Positions 20,769-30,382 of a stretch of 59,633 bases of DNA are shown here, in pieces; position 1 is the first letter of the stretch, and the number at the start of each line of letters is the position of its first letter. Both the position numbers and the translations under genes were made by a program. The notes beneath the pieces were generated by a model that was given only the letters and a program-made list of their open reading frames with translations, was not told the DNA's origin and did not search any database. The DNA comes from a virus. Its lineage: Duplodnaviria > Caudoviricetes. The stretch lies in IMG/VR virus record IMGVR_UViG_3300023184_000136, positions 1-59,633 of that record. The stretch is one strand, 5' to 3'.

Positions 20769-20810
20769 AATCCCATCCGCATCTCGCAAGAGTTATGTGA
20801 TGGGATTTTT
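20769..20810 (+). other. long hairpin in the 5' leader of the beta-barrel gene
   Basis: AATCCCAT...CTC-GCAA-GAG...ATGGGATT followed by a T-run. Confidence 0.55.
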
Positions 20811-20836
20811 ATTTATAAACATTAAACAAAACGAAA

Positions 20837-21286
20837 ATGAAGAAAAAATTTTTGTTAGTTTTTGCTCTCGTAAGTTCGTTAGTAGTGTTTGGACAAGACC
20901 ACAAAAAGGGATGGGATGTCTCAGTGGGACCAACATTATTCGTACCGATGGCAAAAACTGTTGATTGGAACTCCAAAGCTTATGGAGAAACCGTGAAATT
21001 TCACAAAGAAAACATGGTGGTAACTGTGGGTTTTATGCAGGATAAGAACAACTTTGTTGTTGCTCCTGTATTAATTGGAGGTCGAAAGCATCTTAATCAT
21101 AACCTACAACTAGGTCTTGATGCGGGTGTTACTTTTTTCCATGGTCAAAAGGGACAATTTACATACGTTCCTTCCCTTGGTTACAAGATAAACAAAAAAT
21201 GGTGCTTAGAACAATCACTTCTAAGGACTGTAAAAGATGGTAAGACAACCAACCGAGTAGGGTTAGGGTTGCTTTATAATCTTTAA
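20837..21286 (+). CDS. small outer-membrane beta-barrel protein
   Basis: Signal peptide, alternating amphipathic strands, C-terminal GLGLLYNL. Confidence 0.7.
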   Translation: MKKKFLLVFALVSSLVVFGQDHKKGWDVSVGPTLFVPMAKTVDWNSKAYGETVKFHKENMVVTVGFMQDKNNFVVAPVLIGGRKHLNHNLQLGLDAGVTFFHGQKGQFTYVPSLGYKINKKWCLEQSLLRTVKDGKTTNRVGLGLLYNL

Positions 21287-21310
21287 AGTCAAAAAAAACA
21301 AAAAATTCAT

Positions 21311-21418
21311 ATGGAGCAATTCGAATTTTTATGGCATTGGCACTTCTTATTAGGAGTACTTGTCGGAATTGTGGTGGGACCACATGTTCACAAGCTTATT
21401 TCAAAATTTAAGAAATAA
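21311..21418 (+). CDS. 35-aa membrane peptide (absent from ORF track)
   Basis: MEQFEFLWHWHFLLGVLVGIVVGPHVHKLISKFKK, between an A-rich leader and a terminator. Confidence 0.5.
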   Translation: MEQFEFLWHWHFLLGVLVGIVVGPHVHKLISKFKK

Positions 21419-21421
21419 GAG

Positions 21422-21451
21422 AAAAAGCCCCTGATTATTCAGGGGTTTTTT
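21422..21451 (+). terminator. intrinsic terminator
   Basis: AAAAAGCCCCTGA-ttat-TCAGGGGTTTTTT. Confidence 0.75.
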
Positions 21452-21483
21452 GTTTATATGAGTTTATTGTGTATATTTGCTCC

Positions 21484-21963
21484 ATGCAGATATTCCTACC
21501 ATACAACGACTTTAGAAAATCCCTTAGAGTGTTGGACAATAAACGATTGGGTAAACAACGTGTTGAGACTTATCAGATTATATCTGCCATCACTCGTAGA
21601 CCAAAGTTGGATGGAACTCCTTATAAGGGTTGGTTGAACCATCCTTGTACCATTATGTGGAAGGATTATGTTCCAGCCCTTAAGTTGTATTTGAATTATT
21701 CAATTGACGAGTGGATTGCACGAGGATTCAAAAACACAATGAATATGGAATCATTTGAGGAAGATATTGTATATCCTCATTGGTTTGGTAATGAGAAGTT
21801 TCATTCCTCACATAGAGCCAACCTATTAAAAAAAGAACCTGACTTTTATAATCAATATGGGTGGACTGAAGACCCATTAAATCCATATGTTTGGATGGAC
21901 AAAGAAAATAAATGGTATGAACAACATTCAGGAGTAAAAGGAAGAGTATATTATGAACAGTAA
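21484..21963 (+). CDS. pyrimidine-dimer DNA glycosylase (DenV/MSMEG_6728-like)
   Basis: MQIFLPY..F......LD.KRLGKQRVE, GW.NHP...MW, HSSHRANLL.K; TATATTTG at 21472. Confidence 0.8.
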   Translation: MQIFLPYNDFRKSLRVLDNKRLGKQRVETYQIISAITRRPKLDGTPYKGWLNHPCTIMWKDYVPALKLYLNYSIDEWIARGFKNTMNMESFEEDIVYPHWFGNEKFHSSHRANLLKKEPDFYNQYGWTEDPLNPYVWMDKENKWYEQHSGVKGRVYYEQ

Positions 21964-22444
21964 AGAACTATTAGCGTTTATTAAACAACACTCGGACAAT
22001 CCGTTGGAGTTGTTGGTTGAAACATTGAATGACTTCAAAAACGAGAAAGGGTTTGAACAGGACTTGTTAACTCCTGGTTTCTTGAAGGAGTGGCAAATAT
22101 CTGAATTGCTTAATCACATATGTCATAAGACCAAACATGGAGCTGATGCAACCAATCAAGAAGGTACTGAGAACTATGAATATTTAAGTTGTAAGGACGG
22201 AGGTTCATTCCAATTGGATAGAATCCATAAGGATAACCTTCACCGTATTGAACGTAATACCAAGTTCTTTTTTGCATTATATGATAAGGAAAATGGATTG
22301 AAGTGTTCAAAGATTTGGTCAATTGATGCTACCGTTGTATTGGAGGAAGCTAAGGTTAAAATTGCCAAGATGAAGGAAAGTTCCAACCACATTGGATTCT
22401 CTCAAAGTTGGGTGGAAGAACACGGTATGGTAGTTTATAGTTAA
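21953..22444 (+). CDS. restriction-endonuclease-like protein (degenerate PD-(D/E)XK)
   Basis: HGADA...NYEYLS pattern. Confidence 0.4.
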   Translation: MNSKELLAFIKQHSDNPLELLVETLNDFKNEKGFEQDLLTPGFLKEWQISELLNHICHKTKHGADATNQEGTENYEYLSCKDGGSFQLDRIHKDNLHRIERNTKFFFALYDKENGLKCSKIWSIDATVVLEEAKVKIAKMKESSNHIGFSQSWVEEHGMVVYS

Positions 22445-22514
22445 AAAATATAAAAAAATAATCAGTATTTGTACTGATTTTAAAAATAAAAGAATACCTT
22501 CGTAAAAATAATAT

Positions 22515-23039
22515 ATGATAATGAAAAAATACTTTTTGATTTTGTTCGGAGAATTTGAATCCGAAGAATTTTGTAAAGATGTTGCGTTAACAATTGCACC
22601 ACTTGTGGATTCACCACAATTAAAGTTTCAACATAGTAATGGTGGATTATTATTCCATTTCGCCAGTGAGGTGGACCAAGTTGAAATGTATGAGTTCCTT
22701 TCTATTTCATTCTTTGGTCTTGTGACTTCGTTCATTTTGACAGAGAATACTGACAATTTGTCACTTTATATGCCTGAGGATGCGAAAACACACCTATTAG
22801 ATTTGGAAAACGCGAGTGGTGATATATCTATTAATATGGACTTATCTAAACCAAATTTCTTTGAGGATGAGTTTGAAGAAGACGATGAAGATGATTTTAT
22901 GGCACTAGTTTTGAACAGAGTTAAAGATAAAGTAAAGAAGCCATCCTTGGACCAGTTATTGGAAAAGGTTGGAAACAAAGGGGTTGAATCATTAACACCA
23001 TTTGAAAAAGATACGTTGGATGCGTATAGTAAAAATTAA
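22515..23039 (+). CDS. hypothetical protein with DUF6576-like C-terminus
   Basis: LDQLLEKVGNKGVESLTPFEKDTL resembles the short domain found on Bacteroidetes rhomboids. Confidence 0.6.
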   Translation: MIMKKYFLILFGEFESEEFCKDVALTIAPLVDSPQLKFQHSNGGLLFHFASEVDQVEMYEFLSISFFGLVTSFILTENTDNLSLYMPEDAKTHLLDLENASGDISINMDLSKPNFFEDEFEEDDEDDFMALVLNRVKDKVKKPSLDQLLEKVGNKGVESLTPFEKDTLDAYSKN

Positions 23040-23041
23040 TT

Positions 23042-23839
23042 ATGAGAGAAAAAGCAGTAATACCAATTAACCAAGACGAGATTGCAAGTTATTTAAAAGA
23101 CATTCGAAAGTTAACTGTAATGACGGTTGAAAGAGAACGTGAACTTGCAGATAGAATGTTATCGGGAAACATTACCGATGAAGAAAAGGCGGAGATAAAG
23201 AAGGAGATACTTGAAGGTAACCTTCGTTTCGTTATCACCGTGAGTAAACAATATCAAAACCAAGGGTTGGACTTCCCTGATTTGATTGCCGAAGGAAACT
23301 ATGGTTTGTTGAAAGCCATCGAGAACTTTGATTGGTCCAAGAAATTAAGATTTATATCTTATGCCGTTTGGTGGGTTCGTCAATCCATCCTGCAATCTCT
23401 TAATGAGAATGCAAGAACCATTCGTCTTCCCGTGAATGTGGTACAAGAGTTACAGAAAGCTAAGAAAGAGTTAGATAGAGAGGGTGTTGAATTACCTGAT
23501 AAGTTTGTTAACCTACCTTATACTGTTAACTTGGATTCACCTTTAAATGAAGATGGAGACACTTTGATGGACGTATTGAATAATCCTAACGCTGAGTGGG
23601 CTGATTCCAACTTGACTACTGAACAGACTTTGAAAGATAAGTTATTGGGTATGTTGGATGTATTGGATGAGAGAGAAAGAATTATCGTGGAGGATTATTT
23701 TGGACTATCTGGCTCAACAAGAACCTTGGAAGATATAGGTAATGACTTCGACTTAACGAAGGAAAGGGTACGACAGATTAAGGAAAAAGCTCTCAGAAAA
23801 CTGAGAAATGAGACGGGTTCTCTGTTCGATTATATGTAA
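23042..23839 (+). CDS. rpoD: RNA polymerase sigma70 factor (Bacteroidetes RpoD-like)
   Basis: NLRFVITVSKQYQNQG, DLIAEGN, RFISYAVWWVRQSI, region 4 LTKERVRQIKEKAL. Confidence 0.93.
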   Translation: MREKAVIPINQDEIASYLKDIRKLTVMTVERERELADRMLSGNITDEEKAEIKKEILEGNLRFVITVSKQYQNQGLDFPDLIAEGNYGLLKAIENFDWSKKLRFISYAVWWVRQSILQSLNENARTIRLPVNVVQELQKAKKELDREGVELPDKFVNLPYTVNLDSPLNEDGDTLMDVLNNPNAEWADSNLTTEQTLKDKLLGMLDVLDERERIIVEDYFGLSGSTRTLEDIGNDFDLTKERVRQIKEKALRKLRNETGSLFDYM

Positions 23840-23847
23840 AATTAGTT

Positions 23848-23876
23848 AAAGGGTGTATTTATTCAATACACCTTTT
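23848..23876 (+). terminator. intrinsic terminator
   Basis: AAAGGGTGTATT-tattc-AATACACCTTTT. Confidence 0.65.
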
Positions 23877-23908
23877 ATATTTTAGGGTGTGTATTAAAAT
23901 TAAAAATT

Positions 23909-24190
23909 ATGAAAAAATTTATAGAAAACAACTTTACGGTTATTGTATTAGTAATTGCTCTTTTAACATTCTTTAAAGGATGCGGTGACACAAGAGAGTT
24001 ATCAAAGATTAAAAAAGAAATTACAGCAATCAAAGATTCAACTTATACTAAAGGTGAGTTGGATAGAGAACTTAAGATTTCGGGTCTTGAATCAGAAAAA
24101 AGAATGATTCAGGCGACTGACAGAAAATTATTAGATGTTAGAAGACAAACTGAAATTGAAGAAGAGATAAAAAGACTAAACAAAAAATAG
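23909..24190 (+). CDS. membrane-anchored coiled-coil protein (possible lipoprotein, lysis region)
   Basis: N-terminal TM followed by FKGCG. Confidence 0.6.
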   Translation: MKKFIENNFTVIVLVIALLTFFKGCGDTRELSKIKKEITAIKDSTYTKGELDRELKISGLESEKRMIQATDRKLLDVRRQTEIEEEIKRLNKK

Positions 24191-24191
24191 A

Positions 24192-24908
24192 ATGAATTGG
24201 TTTCAAAAAAACTTTAAAACGATAATCTATATTGCGTTTTTGGTTCCAATCCTAACTGTTGCGGGAGTATCAATTTCTCACGTAACAAAATGGTATGGTT
24301 TATCTAACCCGTTTAGTTGGGCGATATATCTATCAGTTGGTATCGAAATAGCTGCGTTATCGGCATTGGCTGCGATTTCTGCAAAAATGGGTAAAAAAGT
24401 TTACTTCCCATTTGGTATCGTAACCCTAATTCAATTTATTGGTAACATATTCTTTGCTTATCAATACATTGATGTTAACAGTCAGTCCTTCAAAGATTGG
24501 GTGGACATGGTTGACCCTATTGTTAGTTTGTTGGGTGTTGATTCAGGAGACCCTGTTGGTCATAAAAGATTCTTGGCATTATTTGCTGGTGGTATGTTAC
24601 CTATTATCTCTTTATCTTTCCTACATATGTTGGTAAAATTTGAAGAGGAAGATAAGAATACTGATTTATTGGTTAAAGATATTAATATTGATTTGTTAAG
24701 TACTGAGGCCGGTAAAAAAGAAGCTGAATTCTTTGAAGAAAAACTTAATCCAACTGACGAAGAACTTAGAATATTGGAGGAAGAATTACGAAAAATTAAC
24801 GAAAAGAAATTTGGTAATTTGGTTGAACAATACGAACCAATGGAAGAAATACCAGAAAAAATAATTCCAGAAAAAAAAATCCTTACTTACACTAGAAGAG
24901 ATGCTTGA
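24192..24908 (+). CDS. multi-TM membrane protein (holin candidate)
   Basis: About four TM helices and an acidic tail; directly upstream of the amidase. Confidence 0.5.
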   Translation: MNWFQKNFKTIIYIAFLVPILTVAGVSISHVTKWYGLSNPFSWAIYLSVGIEIAALSALAAISAKMGKKVYFPFGIVTLIQFIGNIFFAYQYIDVNSQSFKDWVDMVDPIVSLLGVDSGDPVGHKRFLALFAGGMLPIISLSFLHMLVKFEEEDKNTDLLVKDINIDLLSTEAGKKEAEFFEEKLNPTDEELRILEEELRKINEKKFGNLVEQYEPMEEIPEKIIPEKKILTYTRRDA

Positions 24909-25506
24909 TATAATAAAATATGGAAATTTTAAATCGGTAGGTAAACAAAAAAAGAAGAGACAAATAATCTTATGTCATACGTCAAGGGAGGTTGAGGAAT
25001 ACTTAGCCTCCCTTAAATTTAGGTATAATGGAAAGTACGATAAGATACCTAACTATATTGTAACAACAGAAGGTAAAGTCATTCAACTACTTGACGATAT
25101 ATCTTATTCAAATTATTTCACTGAGCAAAACATTAACAGGAACTCTGTTGTTGTTTGTTTAGAAAATTTGGGATGGTTGGAAAAGAAACCACTAACCAAC
25201 TATTATATTAACTGGAAAGGGAGTATTTATAATAAACAGGTTTACGAAAAAAAGTGGAGAGATTTCTTTTTCTGGCAACCTTACACAACAAGTCAAACGG
25301 AAACAACAGGTGAATTGTGTAACCAAATAATTGAATCTCTTAACTTGGAAAGAAAGTTCATAGGACATAATACCAAGGTTGAAGGTGTTAGTAGATTTGG
25401 AGGTATCGTATCCAAAAGTAATTTTGATACTGCATTCACTGACTTGAACCCATCTTTCAATTTCGAAACTTTTACAAAATTTATAGAACATGAGCAACTT
25501 GCATAA
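24901..25506 (+). CDS. N-acetylmuramoyl-L-alanine amidase (Amidase_2-like endolysin)
   Basis: IILCHT, NYIV...G.VIQ, N.NSVVVCLE, IGH, DLNPSF. Confidence 0.72.
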   Translation: MLDIIKYGNFKSVGKQKKKRQIILCHTSREVEEYLASLKFRYNGKYDKIPNYIVTTEGKVIQLLDDISYSNYFTEQNINRNSVVVCLENLGWLEKKPLTNYYINWKGSIYNKQVYEKKWRDFFFWQPYTTSQTETTGELCNQIIESLNLERKFIGHNTKVEGVSRFGGIVSKSNFDTAFTDLNPSFNFETFTKFIEHEQLA

Positions 25507-26092
25507 TGAAAGATACGATGAGATTAAATCTCTTCTAAAGAAATCAAGAATGTTAATGGAGCAAACAACAGATGAAGCTCCACCCAACATTGCCGCAGAT
25601 ATCGAACAAAAAATAGACCAAGACAATCAAGAGTACGAGACTGCAAATGATGTTGAAACAGACAACGACAATGAAGGTTCTAATGAACAACCTACAGCCA
25701 AAGATAAAGTACAAAAGTACAGAATCTCTGGTGGTATCTTAGCTCTTCACGGAAAAAGCAAAACTGATACTGACATCACTACTGATGATAAATTAGCCTT
25801 CCAAGAAACAATGGATGAATTTGTTAATGAGGTTTCTGACCTTGTTGACTTCAACACGTTAAATGTGTATCCAAATAATGTTGATTGGTCGGGTAAAATC
25901 ATTGATTCAGATTTAGATTTTACTTTCACAATCGGAGAAAATAGTGGAATCTATGTTGATGGAGAAATGTTAAAGGTTGACGAAAGCTTCTTACAATTAT
26001 TAAATAAACTTCAACAATACTATCAAAAATTCAAATCCAAGTGGTCAAGAATTTTAGCTAGTAGGAAAAAAACAAGAGAAACAAATGATTAA
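25490..26092 (+). CDS. hypothetical acidic protein (possible head protein)
   Basis: 200-aa ORF; N-terminal ...SRMLMEQ. Confidence 0.7.
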   Translation: MSNLHNERYDEIKSLLKKSRMLMEQTTDEAPPNIAADIEQKIDQDNQEYETANDVETDNDNEGSNEQPTAKDKVQKYRISGGILALHGKSKTDTDITTDDKLAFQETMDEFVNEVSDLVDFNTLNVYPNNVDWSGKIIDSDLDFTFTIGENSGIYVDGEMLKVDESFLQLLNKLQQYYQKFKSKWSRILASRKKTRETND

Positions 26093-26438
26093 TTTCCTTA
26101 AAAAGAACTACAAAACAATTGCAAAAGTCTTAGTTGGACTATTCCTATTGTATTGGGTAATATTCGTTTTAACTCCAAGAGTTGGAATGGATGCGTTAGA
26201 GAAAGCAAAGATTGATTCATTAAACAACACTATCAAAGAACTTTACAAAGAACAACAAAAATTAGATAGTGCAATTGAAGGATATAATGAAAAGATTGAT
26301 GAGGTTGACAACCACATCGACAAAATAAAAGGTCAAAAAACAATCGTAAAAGAAATATACCATGAAGAAATTAATCGCGCTGGTAACTATACTGAGCCTC
26401 AGCTTGACAGCTTTTTCTCAGCAAGATACCACAATTAA
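26085..26438 (+). CDS. TM + coiled-coil protein (i-spanin-like)
   Basis: N-terminal TM and heptad-rich body; 77-nt overlap with the next gene. Confidence 0.55.
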   Translation: MINFLKKNYKTIAKVLVGLFLLYWVIFVLTPRVGMDALEKAKIDSLNNTIKELYKEQQKLDSAIEGYNEKIDEVDNHIDKIKGQKTIVKEIYHEEINRAGNYTEPQLDSFFSARYHN

Positions 26439-26772
26439 AACTAAATGTTTACCCGTTAGTGTTTTCAAACTAATTGCTAAAGATTTATTATCTGGTGATT
26501 CTGCTAAAGCTGAATTGAAATTGGCAGAACAAAACATTGTAAGCCTTGAAAGTAAAGTAGGTTTAAAAGATAGTGTTATTAACACAATGAAAGTTAAAGA
26601 AACTAACTACGTTAAAATCATTGATACACAAAATGAAAAATATAATGTGTTAGATGGATATTCTAAAAGATTAGAATGGGATTTGAAGAAAGAGAAAGTA
26701 AAAGGTAAATTCAAGTCAATTTTAGGGACTGGTATGATTGCAGTATTAACATTTTTCTTAATAACAAAATAA
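26362..26772 (+). CDS. signal peptide + coiled coil + C-terminal TM (spanin-partner-like)
   Basis: MKKLIALVTILSLSLTAFS-Q; C-terminal ILGTGMIAVLTFFLI. Confidence 0.55.
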   Translation: MKKLIALVTILSLSLTAFSQQDTTIKTKCLPVSVFKLIAKDLLSGDSAKAELKLAEQNIVSLESKVGLKDSVINTMKVKETNYVKIIDTQNEKYNVLDGYSKRLEWDLKKEKVKGKFKSILGTGMIAVLTFFLITK

Positions 26773-27017
26773 TGGCACTTACATCTTCAGAAAAAAATGA
26801 AATAGAGGTTATTGTACGTAAAGAGATTAAAAACTTTATGGGTAATAGCACTGTTAAACAATTTGAGGATAAACTTATGGATAGAATCCAAAAGGATATC
26901 AAAAAAGGTAAGTTGGAAGGTGATATTAAAGATATCACATTAAGAATGTTCCGTGAGTTCTATCAGTTCATGTGGATGAATAGAAGTTATTGGGAACCAA
27001 GATTAAAGAACGCTTAA
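26772..27017 (+). CDS. hypothetical protein
   Basis: 81-aa ORF coupled to its neighbours. Confidence 0.7.
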   Translation: MALTSSEKNEIEVIVRKEIKNFMGNSTVKQFEDKLMDRIQKDIKKGKLEGDIKDITLRMFREFYQFMWMNRSYWEPRLKNA

Positions 27018-27018
27018 C

Positions 27019-27639
27019 ATGGGAAAAATCGGTGATTTATTTAAAAACAAGTTAGCAAAGGCGTATAACGAACCAGGAATACAAATCAATGCTTCAACAA
27101 TGAAAGACTTTTCAAATTACACTCGTAATTTAAAAGAGAAAGAGGAAACTAAAGAAGCAACGGGTTCTGGGTCAAGTGGAGCTTATTCGGCACCATTATT
27201 CGGGGGAGAAACAGACGAGTTTATTGAGAAAAGTGACAAAGAAACTCCAAAATTAGAAACAAAAGAACAAAAGAAGAAAGTAAAAAAAGTTAAAAAGGTT
27301 ACTGAAGAGGTAGAGAAAGTAGAAGCTAAAGAGGCTACAGGTTCGGGTTCAGTTGGTGGTTATGAATCACCGGCAATGTGGGCTAAATCAACTAAGAAGA
27401 AAGATTGGGGACCAAGTAGAAAACCACAAATACCTGGAGGAGGATTTGTTAAGATTAAGAAAAGATGTACTAAGTTCCCTTATTGTAATCAAGGAGATAT
27501 TAATAATCTTAAAATTACTAAAAACGAATCAGTCCAGAATGCAATTAGAAATGTATCCAAGAAAATGAAAATCAGTGAAGAGAGAATTAAAAAGATTCTT
27601 GAACAAGAGATGATTAAATTGAATAAAAGAACTAAATAA
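27019..27639 (+). CDS. putative head/internal protein with duplicated KEATGSGS.G.Y..P motif
   Basis: ETKEATGSGSSGAYSAP and EAKEATGSGSVGGYESP. Confidence 0.65.
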   Translation: MGKIGDLFKNKLAKAYNEPGIQINASTMKDFSNYTRNLKEKEETKEATGSGSSGAYSAPLFGGETDEFIEKSDKETPKLETKEQKKKVKKVKKVTEEVEKVEAKEATGSGSVGGYESPAMWAKSTKKKDWGPSRKPQIPGGGFVKIKKRCTKFPYCNQGDINNLKITKNESVQNAIRNVSKKMKISEERIKKILEQEMIKLNKRTK

Positions 27640-27663
27640 AGATATTTATAATAAAAAATTACG

Positions 27664-29424
27664 ATGAACAACTTTGAAAATAATATTGACAAAATGGTCT
27701 CAAAAATTCTTTCTGAGGAAATTGAGAAGAAATCTAAACAAATTTCTGAACAACTTGAAGAAGAATTGAGTACTGGTCAAAAAAAAATAGCTAAACAAGC
27801 TGAGCCAAAAGATAAAATTACAGGTGCGGATTTTAAGAAATTAAGAGATGCAAAGAAACATAAAGAAGAAGTTGAAGAATTCTTTTTCTCTGATGACGAA
27901 GAAGATGAATCAACTTCAGGTGATTACGAAGGAGACGAAGATGCAGAAGATGAAGCTGAAAAATTATCGGCTCAAGAACCTACGTATGTAGGTAAAGGTC
28001 TACGTAAACCAAAAATGATTGGCTCATTTGATGATGAACATGGTTGGTTTGACGAACATGACAGACAAACACATCCTGATGATTTAGAAGATTATGACGA
28101 AGAGGAGTTTCATGATGTAGATTCATTACTTGCAAAACACGGTAGAAAACAACCTTGGTTTGGACCTAACGACGGAGAAAGATTTTTTAAAAGATATCAA
28201 GATAAATTTGGTGGTAAACCATTTAGAGTTAGACTTGCAAAAGGTTTAGAAGAAGACGCTGAAACTGATGAAGGAAATGAATTTTCAGGTGCTTTAGACA
28301 ATGCTAGAAAACATCATGAAAAAAGTTTTGAAGTTGGCGGTCACAAATATCCTGTTAAAGAAGCGAAGGGTAAAAAATGTCCTAAATGTGGAATGGTTGA
28401 TTGTAAATGTAATCACAAAAAAGAAACTAAAGAATCTGAGAAAAAGTGGATTCAAAAAACAGATATGAAAAAAGGTGCATTACATAAAAAGTTAAATGTT
28501 CCTGAAGACAAGAAAATCCCAAAAACTTTATTAAACAAATTAAAAAAAGAATTAATGGCTAAAGGTGAAGGAGACAAGAAATTATCTGCGGCCGATTCAA
28601 AATTATTGAAACAAGTTAATTTGGCGTTAACTCTTAAAAGTGTAAAAGAAAATAGAAACGTTCTTTCTTTGACTGAGAATGAATTAATTGATATGATTGA
28701 GAGTTTAGTTTTAGAACAAAAAGTTAAAGACATTGCAGAAAAAGATAACATCAGTAAGAAAGAAGCAACAGGTTTAAAGAAAACTGAAAAAGTTTTAGGA
28801 AAGAATAAATCAGAGGGAGACGCATACTTCAAAGAATTGGCTAAAAAAATGACTGATTACTTAAAAGATGGTACTAAAGCAAAATATGAAATGAATCCTG
28901 AAAAATTCCCTGAAAGTAACTATCAAATGGATAAAGATGCTAAGGTTATGAAATACAATCCATCTGAGGCGGTTGAAGAATATATTGATGCTTTCTCTTA
29001 TCCGGGAATGACAAATTTAGTATATGATGAAATCAAACCTGATGATAAAAGAATTGATAAGCAATTAAAAGGAGATTCAACATTTGGTAATGCTGTTACT
29101 GATAAAGAAGGAAAAGCGTTAGGTAATGTAGTCCCAAGTAAAGTTGGTGAAAAATTCAAGAAAAACTATGATGAAAATTTATATGGTGCTGAGCAAATGA
29201 AAGCGTCTTATAAGAGACAACCACAACCTGTTGAGGTTGAGGGTAATGGTCAAACTAAAGGTTCTTTAAAATCTAAAAAAGGAGCTGACAGTCAAAGTTC
29301 AATTGCAAAGGCAAGTAAAATACTTAACACGTTAGAATCTACTGAAAACAAAGCAGAAAAACTTGTTAACGAAGATATGGAAAAAATGAAAAATTTGATT
29401 GATTATAATAGAAAAACTCAATAA
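27664..29424 (+). CDS. highly charged putative prohead core/internal protein
   Basis: E/K/D-rich with many xxE sites and internal LTENELIDMIESLVLEQ; TATTTATA at 27643. Confidence 0.6.
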   Translation: MNNFENNIDKMVSKILSEEIEKKSKQISEQLEEELSTGQKKIAKQAEPKDKITGADFKKLRDAKKHKEEVEEFFFSDDEEDESTSGDYEGDEDAEDEAEKLSAQEPTYVGKGLRKPKMIGSFDDEHGWFDEHDRQTHPDDLEDYDEEEFHDVDSLLAKHGRKQPWFGPNDGERFFKRYQDKFGGKPFRVRLAKGLEEDAETDEGNEFSGALDNARKHHEKSFEVGGHKYPVKEAKGKKCPKCGMVDCKCNHKKETKESEKKWIQKTDMKKGALHKKLNVPEDKKIPKTLLNKLKKELMAKGEGDKKLSAADSKLLKQVNLALTLKSVKENRNVLSLTENELIDMIESLVLEQKVKDIAEKDNISKKEATGLKKTEKVLGKNKSEGDAYFKELAKKMTDYLKDGTKAKYEMNPEKFPESNYQMDKDAKVMKYNPSEAVEEYIDAFSYPGMTNLVYDEIKPDDKRIDKQLKGDSTFGNAVTDKEGKALGNVVPSKVGEKFKKNYDENLYGAEQMKASYKRQPQPVEVEGNGQTKGSLKSKKGADSQSSIAKASKILNTLESTENKAEKLVNEDMEKMKNLIDYNRKTQ

Positions 29425-29463
29425 AAATTCACATTTCAAATGTATAACTTATATTCTCCATAG

Positions 29464-29934
29464 ATGAACTCTATGGAGAATTTTTTTAATTGGATGTCTA
29501 AGCCTATACCTAAAGAAGAAGTAGTGGTATGGTTCAATGTTCATAACATGAATTATGAAAAAATTGAACTGTACGGTGATATATTTAAGTCACTTAACTT
29601 TATCATTACCGATACCTACCTTGGGGAGAATGTGCTAGAAACAAAGATATTAATGTCTGAAGAAGATAATACGTTGCACTTTGATTGGTGCTGGAATAAA
29701 TTATTGGATGACTTTAAGAAAGAAAACATTATAATTAAACACGGAGGACAACATAAAGATTATCTCGAATCATTCTTTTCAGACAGTTATTATAATCAAA
29801 AAGAAGATAATATTAAGAGTGTGATTCCTGAATTTATTTCAGAAGTATTTGATATAGAAAAACCATTCAGTAAGTCAGATTTAGATATCCTGACCGAACT
29901 TTATAAACTACTAGAAAAAAATATTGAAGTATAA
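29464..29934 (+). CDS. hypothetical protein
   Basis: 156-aa ORF. Confidence 0.7.
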   Translation: MNSMENFFNWMSKPIPKEEVVVWFNVHNMNYEKIELYGDIFKSLNFIITDTYLGENVLETKILMSEEDNTLHFDWCWNKLLDDFKKENIIIKHGGQHKDYLESFFSDSYYNQKEDNIKSVIPEFISEVFDIEKPFSKSDLDILTELYKLLEKNIEV

Positions 29935-30018
29935 AAAAGCGTTGATTCTATTTACACCAGGACAAAAAAATTTATATTTCAGGTTATAACCAATAAACAA
30001 TTTTTAACATTTTAAAAG

Positions 30019-30201
30019 ATGGAAACTTTAGAGCAAATTAAAGAATTAACAGAACTTCTTTCAGTTGATTCAACAAAATTCTTCAAGGGAAATAAAAGTG
30101 CGGGTACAAGAGCAAGAAAGTCAGCACAAGAATTGAAGGCTTTACTACAAAAGTTAAGAGGAGAAATCCTTGAACACAAAAAGACAGAAGATAATGCATA
30201 A
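30019..30201 (+). CDS. histone H1-like (Hc1-family) nucleoid protein
   Basis: KFFKGNKSAGTRARKSAQELK, typical of Bacteroidetes Hc1-like proteins. Confidence 0.8.
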   Translation: METLEQIKELTELLSVDSTKFFKGNKSAGTRARKSAQELKALLQKLRGEILEHKKTEDNA

Positions 30202-30382
30202 TATTGACGCTTTATATTTTTTTATATTCGTATTCACAATATTAGTGTCATTGAAAAATGTCACAAAGTTTATAAGTGCCTTAGCACAACGTGAACCTAA
30301 ACCGTTAACGTATAGTGTTAAGGAACTTATATTCCTTGGTTTATCAATAAGTTACATATTCACATACATTTTTAAATTATGA
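30194..30382 (+). CDS. small two-TM membrane protein
   Basis: MHNIDALYFFIFVFTILV...LIFLGLSISYIFTYIF. Confidence 0.6.
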   Translation: MHNIDALYFFIFVFTILVSLKNVTKFISALAQREPKPLTYSVKELIFLGLSISYIFTYIFKL

